Positions 9,253-17,981 of a stretch of DNA of 64,000 nucleotides are shown here, one piece after another (the first letter of the stretch is position 1; the number at the start of each line of letters is the position of its first letter). Position numbers and translations under genes: made by a program. The stretch lies in contig JAXHMG010000003.1 in the NCBI GenBank assembly GCA_034521595.1, forward strand, positions 2,720,001-2,784,000, written 5' to 3'. Origin of the DNA: Gemmatimonadota bacterium (GTDB lineage Bacteria > Gemmatimonadota > Gemmatimonadetes > Longimicrobiales > Gaopeijiaceae). Below the pieces are notes generated by a model that saw only the letters and a program-made list of their open reading frames with translations, did not search any database and was not told the DNA's origin.

Positions 9253-11147
9253 CCGCCCCCACCCCGACGCTCAGGGGCTTCGGGGCCACCACCAATGTTG
9301 TTGAAGACGACGACCGTGTCCGCGACAGCGTCCGGATCGGATCCGTTCACGGTCACCGAAATGTCGAAGTGTGGGTCGGACTCACCGACCCACCGAGCGT
9401 AGGAGTCGGATGAGCCCACGGTGCTGCAACTGGGATCGCACTCGGTCCACGAGTACGAGTAGCTACCGCTCCCGCCGGATGGGAACGCTTGGTACGTGTA
9501 GTAGCCAGCTGTCTGGATATTGTTCTCACCCGTGACGTATACGGACAGGGGCTCGCAAGGGTCGTGCTGACTGAGAACGCAATAGGCATCCACGAACCCA
9601 TGGCCGTAGGAGTCGTCCCGACCGCCTGGGCCCAGATCCCGGGCGTGTTCCTGCAGCTCATCTCGCAGGTCCGAGGCACTCCAACCGGGAAACTTCTCGA
9701 GCGCCAGACGCGCCACGCCGACCGCCCCTGGCGCCGCGAACGAGGTACCATCTTCGACTGAAGTATACTCCTGGCTCCCGCTGCGGTCGTCCTCGCGGTT
9801 CCACGATACTCGGATCGACTCACCGGGCCCCACCAGCTCGAGCTGATCTCCCGTTCTCGAGAACCAAGAGAGGTCAAGCGATGAGTCCACAGAACCCACG
9901 GCCACGACCTCAGGGAAGGCCCCCGGCAACTTGACTGGCCCGTGCGCTCCGGTATCGTCATTTCCTGCGGCGGAGAACCAAAGGACGTTGTCGTCAAGCG
10001 CGGCGGACTTGAACTCGTCGTGCAGCCCCTGGTACGACAACGTGTCGTCAATGGACGTGCCGGACGGTCCCACTCCCGTGACGGCAACGCGCACGTCGAC
10101 CGAGTAGTTGTCCCAGTACTCCGTGATGAAGGATACGGCATCGCGCATACCCGCCACGTCCAGTGCTTGGTGATCTTGGGGGCTGATCGGGTCGTATGTC
10201 ACCTTGAAGATGATCGTCGGGCTTGATCCGCTGGCGAACGGGGCGATACCGACGGAACCGACCGAGTTGTTGGTCGCGAGCACCGTCCCGAGCACCCCCG
10301 TTCCGTGGTAGTGGTGGGCGGGTGCGTTGTAGCGACCCTCATAACACCAATGCTCGGTCACAGGGTTGCCGCACGGCTGGTCGGCGTACTCCAGGGTGGG
10401 GTTGGCGAAGAGGACGCTATGGTCAATGAGGTCGGGATGATTGGTGCCAAACAGGTCCGCGCCCGTATCCATCATTCCTACGTTGGCACCGTCACCAGTG
10501 TACCCGATATCCCATGCAAGGTCTGCACGAGTCGCCTCGATTCCCCACGAACTCCATTGGGTGGGATTCACACGAGCGTCGTCGACTGCCCGAACGGTGC
10601 TGTCAGCGGTGTGGGGGACGACCGCCTCGTGAGGGCCGCCCACGGTGTAGTTCGGCTCAAGGTAGGAGACGTTCGGATGGTCCAAGAGTTGCCGCAAGAA
10701 CACGGTGTCCCTTGGTGCCGTGACCGTCAGGTAAGTCCGGTAGATCGTATCCACCTGCTCCTGACCGTCCAGGTACGTCGTTATCGGACCTGCGACAGGC
10801 TTGACAACCTCCAGTCCCGGAAACGCCGCCCGGACCTCGCTCCCGGCATCTAGTCGCGCCTCCACGGGAAGCTTCAGGCCATCAGTGCTCACTCCGCGGA
10901 CGGCCTCTTGCTCTTTCAGATTCACGAACATCAGGCCGCTACTCACCGTGGAATCCCTCGTATCCGAAACGATTCGGTCAAGGGCCATCTGACTGCGGGG
11001 CGTTTGCTCCACAACCGTGGGCCCGCTCCCAGCGTGATCATCGACGGGCTCCAATGGCTGACCAAGATCGCAAGCGGCTGTGAGCGTCAAAATCATCAGT
11101 CCCACGACCATCTTGGATCTCTGGTGTCGTCGCGTGTCGTACCGCAT
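9249..11147 (-). CDS. S8 subtilisin-like serine peptidase, lipoprotein with C-terminal Ig-like domain
   Basis: Lipobox TAAC; triad MDTG / HGTGVLG / GTSFAAP; oxyanion AAGND; D.GPGGRDD.YGHG motif. Confidence 0.9.
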   Translation of the reverse strand: MRYDTRRHQRSKMVVGLMILTLTAACDLGQPLEPVDDHAGSGPTVVEQTPRSQMALDRIVSDTRDSTVSSGLMFVNLKEQEAVRGVSTDGLKLPVEARLDAGSEVRAAFPGLEVVKPVAGPITTYLDGQEQVDTIYRTYLTVTAPRDTVFLRQLLDHPNVSYLEPNYTVGGPHEAVVPHTADSTVRAVDDARVNPTQWSSWGIEATRADLAWDIGYTGDGANVGMMDTGADLFGTNHPDLIDHSVLFANPTLEYADQPCGNPVTEHWCYEGRYNAPAHHYHGTGVLGTVLATNNSVGSVGIAPFASGSSPTIIFKVTYDPISPQDHQALDVAGMRDAVSFITEYWDNYSVDVRVAVTGVGPSGTSIDDTLSYQGLHDEFKSAALDDNVLWFSAAGNDDTGAHGPVKLPGAFPEVVAVGSVDSSLDLSWFSRTGDQLELVGPGESIRVSWNREDDRSGSQEYTSVEDGTSFAAPGAVGVARLALEKFPGWSASDLRDELQEHARDLGPGGRDDSYGHGFVDAYCVLSQHDPCEPLSVYVTGENNIQTAGYYTYQAFPSGGSGSYSYSWTECDPSCSTVGSSDSYARWVGESDPHFDISVTVNGSDPDAVADTVVVFNNIGGGPEAPERRGGGG

Positions 11148-11410
11148 CTCGGGCTCCGGAATCGCGAGTCGCTGGTAGCCTTCCAAGGTCGTTCACCACC
11201 AGACTACCGTGCTTCCGTGCGGGCCGCGTCCACGATTCCGGACCAATCCCACGTATCGGACATGGAGACCGGATCGCTTCCGGAGCCGACGAGCCCCGGC
11301 CCGGGAATGCCTTACAAACCGCTGACGCAGCATGACTCGCCCCCGCGGCCTCGGTCGGCTAGTAGTGAAGGCAAGCAAACGACGTTGCAGGGCTTCCTGG
11401 GGAGGGTCGC

Positions 11411-12214
11411 GTGTCGCCAGCCGACGTGGATTCACGCAGCGTCCTCGTGTGCCGGCCTAGGGATGCGGGCGAGATGGAGCTCGTCGGTTATCACCGGATC
11501 CGACGCCACCTCCGAGGTGCGTTCGACCTGGTCACCGCCGTTCGTCCGGATGGAGCGGTGTCTGAAGCATCGAAGGCCGACGCCGTGGTCGCGTACGAGC
11601 CACACCTGGATCGCCGCACGGCGGCTTTCGTCGAGACGATCGGGGTGGCTTGCTCCGGGGGTCTGGTGCTCGTAACGCCCTTCGATGCACCGGGCCTGAG
11701 GCATCTGGCACCCGTGCGCATCGATGCCGTGATCTTCGAAGAGGAGATCGACCAGCGGTTGATTCCGGCGGTCGACGACGCATGCCGCCTCACTACGATT
11801 CTCTCGGCGATCGCCCGCTGCGAAGAACGAGATGGGCCTCTGCCCGGGGTGGTGGGAGCCGGTCTCGAACGCTTGGCCCGGGACGCGTGCTCGGGACAGG
11901 ACTACGTGGGATCCTTGCGAGCGCTGGCGGATCGTGTGGGCTGTTCGGTCGGCTATCTCCGGGGCGTGCTGCGTAGACGGGACATCCGCGGGTCTGAGCT
12001 CGTCAGGCTATGCTTCTTGCTATCCGCGCTACGGGCCCGTCAGAGTGGATCAGCTTGGGAGCGTGTGGCTCTGAGACACGGCTATCGTTCGGTGAGTGGT
12101 CTCTCCGAAGCGTTCCTCCGAAGGTTCGGCAAGCGTACGAGCCACCTCGACGCCGCACTTCAGGTGCCGGTCGTCGTTGCCAGCATCTGCGCGTGTCTCG
12201 AGGGCGACCCTTGA
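11411..12214 (+). CDS. Putative AraC-like HTH regulator with degenerate N-terminal domain
   Basis: C-terminal LADRVGCSVGYL...WERVALRHGYRSVSGLSEAF..RFG double-HTH pattern; divergent from the S8 gene. Confidence 0.65.
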   Translation: MSPADVDSRSVLVCRPRDAGEMELVGYHRIRRHLRGAFDLVTAVRPDGAVSEASKADAVVAYEPHLDRRTAAFVETIGVACSGGLVLVTPFDAPGLRHLAPVRIDAVIFEEEIDQRLIPAVDDACRLTTILSAIARCEERDGPLPGVVGAGLERLARDACSGQDYVGSLRALADRVGCSVGYLRGVLRRRDIRGSELVRLCFLLSALRARQSGSAWERVALRHGYRSVSGLSEAFLRRFGKRTSHLDAALQVPVVVASICACLEGDP

Positions 12215-12236
12215 GGTGAGCCCGCGACGGGTCGGC

Positions 12237-12479
12237 TCAGCGCCTCCACCGCATGATCTCGAACGGGCTCCCGCACGCCCGACACCAGTACGTGCTCACC
12301 GACGCGTGCGACCCGAACGCGTTCATGATCTCGGTCTCCTGGCCGTCACAGAACGGACAGGGCGGCGCGGTGGGCAACGAGTCGGGAGACTCCTCCCTGC
12401 GCGCCTCGGCGTCGTCGGCCTCGTCGCGGGCCGTGTCGGGAAGTCCCGAGCGCCGGAAGGGAGGGGGTGTCGGGGTCAT
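12237..12479 (-). CDS. Stand-alone PaaD-like zinc-ribbon protein
   Basis: CPFC...FGS....YWCRAC.SPFE matches the PaaD C-terminal ribbon; ATGA overlap with upstream gene. Confidence 0.8.
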   Translation of the reverse strand: MTPTPPPFRRSGLPDTARDEADDAEARREESPDSLPTAPPCPFCDGQETEIMNAFGSHASVSTYWCRACGSPFEIMRWRR

Positions 12480-13273
12480 TCGACGAAGAGCGCGCGATTC
12501 CGGTCGCCTCGTGCCCGCTCGATGGTGTCCTGGTCGGGATGGCCGGGTCTTCGGCCACGCTCCGCGTCCCACTCGTCGGTGGCCGGCTCGACCGCGTCGA
12601 CATCCACACCGCCCGCGGCGAGCACGTCCCGAACATAGTCGCGGAACGTCGTGACCTGGTCGGCGCCGGGCTCGGTGCCCCCGGCGTCCACGAGCGTCCT
12701 GGCCGGACCGTCGTCCGTTCCCAGCCATGCGAGCGCTTCCGGCAGGAAGCGGTCGGTCGCTTCTCGCAGAAGCTTCTTGGCCTCGTCCGAGGAACTCGCC
12801 AACCGTCGATACCACGCGGCTCCGAGGCTGATGTGGAAGTCCTCCTCGGCGATCATCTTCGCGCACCGGTTCCGTGCCGACTCCAGGTTCCCGCGTGCGA
12901 ACGCCGCGATCGCGGTATAGAGCGCTCCGTCCACGACCACGATGCCTGCGACCGTGGCGGCCCAGTCCGGGAACGGCTCGTCCACGGACCCGATGTTCGC
13001 GTACTCCTCCGCGGGACGCTCGTGCTCGACCTCGACCGGATCGATATCGAGCTCCTTCAGCATCGCGTAGAGCAACCGGGCGTGGCCCCACTCGTCCTGG
13101 GTCATGGACGACATGGCGATTCCCGTCTCGACGGTCGGAGCACCCAGGTTCCAGTCGGAATAGCGGATGCCCAGAAGGCGCTTGCTGTCGGCCAGGCGGA
13201 GGATGTGGCGCGTCAGCGCGGAGCGGGTTTCCGTGTCGAGCGTTTTCAGATCCAGCACCGTGCCGGCGGTCAT
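12476..13273 (-). CDS. paaC: PaaC-like ferritin-fold subunit of an aryl-CoA epoxidase-type oxygenase
   Basis: W..GAP.VE, QDEWGHAR, EEDFH. Confidence 0.8.
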   Translation of the reverse strand: MTAGTVLDLKTLDTETRSALTRHILRLADSKRLLGIRYSDWNLGAPTVETGIAMSSMTQDEWGHARLLYAMLKELDIDPVEVEHERPAEEYANIGSVDEPFPDWAATVAGIVVVDGALYTAIAAFARGNLESARNRCAKMIAEEDFHISLGAAWYRRLASSSDEAKKLLREATDRFLPEALAWLGTDDGPARTLVDAGGTEPGADQVTTFRDYVRDVLAAGGVDVDAVEPATDEWDAERGRRPGHPDQDTIERARGDRNRALFVE

Positions 13274-13494
13274 GACGTCTCTCCGTGATTCCGGGCGAAC
13301 GGGCCTTCGGTGAGGTTCACGGGGATGATCTCGGAGCGAGGAACCACGCACATCTCGAACCAATTCTCTTCGGAGTACGTCGTCCACGCGTACACCTTGG
13401 CGGTATCGTCGTCGAGGGCGTCGATGTAGCCGATATGCGCGAGCATGTCGCCGCGGCTCTTGCGGGCGAACACGTCGTAGGTGATCTCCATCAT
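13270..13494 (-). CDS. paaB: PaaB-like small subunit
   Basis: YDVFAR...HIG.I.A.D...A; WFEMCVVPR pattern. Confidence 0.75.
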   Translation of the reverse strand: MMEITYDVFARKSRGDMLAHIGYIDALDDDTAKVYAWTTYSEENWFEMCVVPRSEIIPVNLTEGPFARNHGETS

Positions 13495-13565
13495 CCGTTC
13501 GTTCGTCTCTCGTCTCGGCGCGCTCCGTCCGGGCCTCGGATACGGTCCGGCGGTTGGCGCGCGTC

Positions 13566-13991
13566 TCAGGCGGTGACCCCGAAGCGCTTCAGCGTCTCAC
13601 GGCCCTCGGGGGTGATCATCTCCGTCGTCCACGGGGGGCTCCAGACCTCTTCGATCTCGACCCTGTCGATCCAGGACTCGACCTCGAGCCGGTCCCGGAT
13701 GTCCTCGCGGATGAACTCCATGCACGGACAGGCGGTGGCCGTGAACGTCAACTCGATGCGCACCACACCGCCGTCGAGCTCCAAACCGTAGATGAGGCCC
13801 AGGTCCACGAGGCTGATCGGCAGCTCGGGGTCCAGGACTTCCTTCAGGGCGTCCCACGTCGCCTGGAGCGGATCGTCCGGGGGCTCGGACAACGGACCCG
13901 TCCACTGGTCTCGCCCGCCGCTCTTGTGCGACGTGACGGCCTGGGGCAGTCCGGCGTCACGCCCGGACGCGAGCGGAAGCACGGTCGACAC
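13566..13991 (-). CDS. paaD: PaaD N-terminal / DUF59 (SufT-like) protein
   Basis: LKEVLDPELPISLVDLGLIY, TATACP, WSPPWT. Confidence 0.8.
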   Translation of the reverse strand: MSTVLPLASGRDAGLPQAVTSHKSGGRDQWTGPLSEPPDDPLQATWDALKEVLDPELPISLVDLGLIYGLELDGGVVRIELTFTATACPCMEFIREDIRDRLEVESWIDRVEIEEVWSPPWTTEMITPEGRETLKRFGVTA

Positions 13992-13993
13992 GC

Positions 13994-14944
13994 TCAGGCC
14001 GCCCGGCCGTTCAGCCAGCGGTCCACGTCACCGCGGGAGCGCTGGATCGACTCCACGTAGGCCTGGTTCATCGGTCCACGCGCCTTCCAACGCTCGAAGA
14101 CCCGCTCCCAGGGGATCTCTCCTTCCTCGAACAGCCACCGCTTCTCTTCCTCGCTGTAGTGGCAGGGGAAGGGGAAGTCGAGCACGTACTTGTTCTCCGC
14201 TTCGTCCCAGTGCGCGGGCACGTCGAGTCCGAGCTCCTCGCACAACGGAACCGTCGACGACATCCAGACCTGGCGGAGCTGATCGTTGGTGAGCCCCTTG
14301 AGCCGGTAGTCGAGCTGACCGGAGTGACGCTTCATGTCGTCCGGGAGCCCGAACCACTCGATGGTCATCGGGAACATCCAGTCCACCGAGCGCTGGACCA
14401 GCTCGCGGGCTTCCCCTCCGGCCTTCGTGAGGCGTCGCATCCAGACCTCGCCGTGCCGCAAGTGGAAGGTCTCCTCCATGCTGATCTTGACCAACGCACG
14501 CTTGAGCGGTCCGTACGACGTGTTCTCGTGGACATCGGCGAGCAGGGTGATGCCGGCACGGTCGAAGAACCCGGTGGCGACCACGAGCTCCGCCCAGTTG
14601 TCGAGCGGTTGGTCGAACCCGTACGGGTGCTTGAACTCGTGCGGCTCACGCCCGTAGACGAGGTGCTCTTTCGACTCGCCGAGATCCTCGAGGAGGCGGT
14701 AGGCGATGTTGGCGTGCGCCAGCTCGTCCTGGATGATCGCGTGCGCGGCCACCTGCGTGTTGTTGGACGGCGCATACCGGGCCGCCATCCAGTACGCGGG
14801 CGCGCTCATGAGCTCCGTGTCGGCCTGCACCGTGAGCTGGCCCCTGAGCGCCTTCTTGTACCCCTCGGTCATCTCTTCGGGGCTTTCGACGATGTAACCG
14901 TCCTGGACCTTCTGCTTGAGCTCGTCGTCGGTAAACGCTGTCAT
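13994..14944 (-). CDS. paaA: PaaA-like diiron catalytic subunit
   Basis: Diiron ligands DTE, QDELAH, FFD, EETFH; WFG motif. Confidence 0.82.
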   Translation of the reverse strand: MTAFTDDELKQKVQDGYIVESPEEMTEGYKKALRGQLTVQADTELMSAPAYWMAARYAPSNNTQVAAHAIIQDELAHANIAYRLLEDLGESKEHLVYGREPHEFKHPYGFDQPLDNWAELVVATGFFDRAGITLLADVHENTSYGPLKRALVKISMEETFHLRHGEVWMRRLTKAGGEARELVQRSVDWMFPMTIEWFGLPDDMKRHSGQLDYRLKGLTNDQLRQVWMSSTVPLCEELGLDVPAHWDEAENKYVLDFPFPCHYSEEEKRWLFEEGEIPWERVFERWKARGPMNQAYVESIQRSRGDVDRWLNGRAA

Positions 14945-15086
14945 GGTCGCCCTCTCCGGTATGACACTTTCGCCTCGACGGACGAAAGAGTGTAATATAA
15001 TCTAGCGGGCCCGGCCCGACGGGCAATCCCCGTACGCTCGACCGGGTACCGGACGCGCCCCGCGCGAGCGCGGGACACGAGGTCGG

Positions 15087-15386
15087 TCACAAGCCCAGGG
15101 AAGACCGTACGAGCGGGTTCATGCGCTCCGGGCTCCAGGGAGGGTCGAACGTGAGTTGGACGTCGGCGCTGTCGACACCGTCCACGCCCAGGATCGCCTC
15201 CTTGGCCTGCTCGACGATCTCGCCCGCTACCGGGCACATCGGAGACGTCAGCGACATGACGGTCTTCACGTCACCCCCGTCCACTTCGATGTCGTAGATG
15301 AGCCCCAGGACGACTAGATCGATCCCCAACTCGGGATCCTTCACGCCCTTGAGCGCTGTCTGGATATCCTTCTCTGTGACCGCCAT
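15087..15386 (-). CDS. DUF59/SufT Fe-S assembly factor
   Basis: DPELGIDLVVLGLIYDI, SLTSPMCP, FDPPWSPERM. Confidence 0.88.
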   Translation of the reverse strand: MAVTEKDIQTALKGVKDPELGIDLVVLGLIYDIEVDGGDVKTVMSLTSPMCPVAGEIVEQAKEAILGVDGVDSADVQLTFDPPWSPERMNPLVRSSLGL

Positions 15387-15477
15387 GGTCGGTACCTCTA
15401 ACTAGAGTTCGCGCGGAGGCGTCGAACCTTGCTGTACCGCGCACCCCCGGGGAATGATCCGGAGCAACGCCCTGAGC

Positions 15478-16854
15478 TCACCCCGACCGAGACGCACCAT
15501 CCGGATCGAGCGAAGCATCGAACGCCGCGGCCGCCTTGGCGATGACGTCCGAGCCCGACCGATCCTCGCCTTCCGCCGCTCCCGCACGGGTGACGAGGGT
15601 GGCCGTGATGTCGAAGACGCCTTCGACACCCGCATCGGATTCCCGCACGCGCGCGACGAGCGCATCCAGCCGCGCCCTCGCGCTCGCGAACGTGCCTCCC
15701 TCGGCGAGGAACTTGCGGCCCAGGATGACCGAATCGCTCGGTCCCTCCGCGAACGCGAGCAGGTGATCGCCCTCACCGAGGCTCAGGCGGACCGACCGGT
15801 ACTCCAGCTCGTCGTCCGAGCCGAGCGCCGGAGCGTCGGGCACCAAATCCTCGTGCGCCCCGTTCGCCCGGACGACGGTGCCCCCGACCCCTCCCGCGCT
15901 CGCCCACTCGACCCCATCCTCGGAAAGAGCGGCGAGCCCACAGCTCACCGCGCCCGATATACCTTCGACCCATCCGGCCCGGAGCCCGCGGTTCACACGG
16001 GCCAACAACGCTCCGAGATCGGGCAACGGATCCTCCGCGAAGTCCCTCAGGAGCCCTCGCACCGAGAGGAGCCGGTGGGCCGAGGACAGGCTGACCTGAT
16101 CCGCCTTGAGCACCGCCAGGGCAAGACGCCCGTCGGAGAGCAGAAACCAATCCCACGCCGCGGCACCCTCGCCGTGCTCGTGGGCGACGGTGCTGCCCGC
16201 CACGTCGAATCCCGGGAAGTTCGGCGTGCCGCGCGGAAGCAAGCGACCACGCACCATGCGGTTGTACTCCGACAGCGCCTCGCGCGGCGTTTCCCGGGGC
16301 GCATCCTTGTGGGCCAGCCGCACCGACGTGGCCCACAGCGCCTTCGAGAGATTCTTGAGGAGCCTCGCGGCGAGGGAGTCGGAATCGAGAAGCCCGAAGA
16401 AGGCATCCCGCGAGATTCCGATCAGGTAGCTCTGCTCGGGCACGTGCGCCGTCGCTGATCGGGGCGCTTCGTTGAGGAGCGCCATCTCGCCGAAGGCCTG
16501 GCCGGCACGCAACACGGCCAGACGCTCCCCGTCCTCGCCCCCCTTGGTGAGCTCGACCGACCCACGGACGACGACGTAGAAGTAATCCCCGGGCTCGCCC
16601 TCCTCGAACAACCGCGTGTCGGCTTCGAGGATCACGGGCTCGGCAATGGTCCGGAGGCGTTCGAAGTCCTCCTCGGGCAAACCATCGAAAAGCTCCACCT
16701 GCTTGAGGGCCGAGCCCACCTGGGCGCGCGTCTCCTCGACGACCAGCTCGCCGATCCTGTTGAGAGCTTCGTCGGAGATGCTCGCCAGCACGGGATTCGA
16801 GCGGAGCGATTCGAGTACGTCCGGCGGAACGGTATTGCTCGTTTCTGAGTCCAT
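15478..16854 (-). CDS. cNMP-binding domain fused to a degenerate SpoIIE/PP2C-like domain
   Basis: FEEGEPGDYFYVV.RG, GQAFGEMALL...PRSATA; C-terminal PP2C-like pattern lacking the catalytic Asp motifs. Confidence 0.8.
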   Translation of the reverse strand: MDSETSNTVPPDVLESLRSNPVLASISDEALNRIGELVVEETRAQVGSALKQVELFDGLPEEDFERLRTIAEPVILEADTRLFEEGEPGDYFYVVVRGSVELTKGGEDGERLAVLRAGQAFGEMALLNEAPRSATAHVPEQSYLIGISRDAFFGLLDSDSLAARLLKNLSKALWATSVRLAHKDAPRETPREALSEYNRMVRGRLLPRGTPNFPGFDVAGSTVAHEHGEGAAAWDWFLLSDGRLALAVLKADQVSLSSAHRLLSVRGLLRDFAEDPLPDLGALLARVNRGLRAGWVEGISGAVSCGLAALSEDGVEWASAGGVGGTVVRANGAHEDLVPDAPALGSDDELEYRSVRLSLGEGDHLLAFAEGPSDSVILGRKFLAEGGTFASARARLDALVARVRESDAGVEGVFDITATLVTRAGAAEGEDRSGSDVIAKAAAAFDASLDPDGASRSG

Positions 16855-17063
16855 GGACGGACACTCCCGCGTTCGATCGCATTCGTCAAGCTGCGCGCTC
16901 CACTCCGCCCGGAGCGGTGGCGGGCGGAACCCCGAATCCACCAGGAACCGCCGGCTGGAACCGCCGGGCGGACATGCCTCGCGAAGCGGCCGGGCACGCG
17001 TGTACATTGGGAAGCATACGCCCGGCCCCTCGAGGCTGCCACACGAATGGAGGAGCGAGCCGA

Positions 17064-17981
17064 GTGGACTCCGTTTCGTCCACACCACAGCCCACGTCCA
17101 CCGCGGGCGACAGCGCCGACACGGGCGTGACGGTGCGGTGCGCCGGCGTCCGGGGCTCGATCCCGAGTCCCGGGCCGTACACGGTGCGCTATGGGGGCAA
17201 CACGAGCTGCGTGGAGCTTTGTTCAGGCTCGACCCGACTCCTGCTCGACGCCGGATCGGGGATCCGCGCCCTGGGCCGAGAGCTGGCGAGCGGGGACGTC
17301 AAGGAGCACACGATCCTCCTGACACACTTCCACTGGGACCACATCCAGGGGTTTCCGTTCTTCGGTCCGCTGCACGATCCCGCGTGCCACCTCCGCGTGT
17401 TCGCTCCCGGGCAGCCGAAGGCCGACGTGCGACAGCTCTTCGAACGTCAGATGGATCCGGCCTTCTTCCCCGTGCCCCTCGAGGCGGCCGCCGCGCGACT
17501 GACGTTCCATGAAGCTTCGGAGGGCCCGGTCGAGGGTCTCGGGGCCGTCGTGCACGCGATGCGGGTCAGACATCCGTCGCACGTGCTGGGCTACCGCATC
17601 GAGCTCGAGGGTCGGGTGGTGTGTTACGTCCCGGACAACGAGCTGGCGAGCACCGGGTACGACCTCGGACCCCGTTGGCGCGAGGAGATGATCGAGTTCG
17701 TCGGGGACGCGGACCTGCTCATCCACGACGCCATGTACACCGAGTCCGAGTACGAGAATCGCGAGGGCTGGGGCCACTCCACCTTTCGGCAGGCGGTGCG
17801 TCTCGCGGAGGATGCCGGGGTCCGACGTCTGCTCTTCTTCCACCACGACCCCGCCCGCACCGACGAGCAGCTCGACCGGATCGTCCACACCCTACGCGAG
17901 CACGTCGCGGCCCGTGGCTCCCGTGTCGAGCTCGAAGCCGCTTCCGAGGCCTCCTCCTTCCATGTGGAGCCACGCGCATGA
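17064..17981 (+). CDS. MBL-fold metallo-hydrolase (possible cyclic-nucleotide phosphodiesterase)
   Basis: GVRGSIP, YGGNTSC, HFHWDHIQG, HDAMY, WGHS, FHHDP; GGAGGAG RBS before GTG. Confidence 0.88.
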   Translation: MDSVSSTPQPTSTAGDSADTGVTVRCAGVRGSIPSPGPYTVRYGGNTSCVELCSGSTRLLLDAGSGIRALGRELASGDVKEHTILLTHFHWDHIQGFPFFGPLHDPACHLRVFAPGQPKADVRQLFERQMDPAFFPVPLEAAAARLTFHEASEGPVEGLGAVVHAMRVRHPSHVLGYRIELEGRVVCYVPDNELASTGYDLGPRWREEMIEFVGDADLLIHDAMYTESEYENREGWGHSTFRQAVRLAEDAGVRRLLFFHHDPARTDEQLDRIVHTLREHVAARGSRVELEAASEASSFHVEPRA

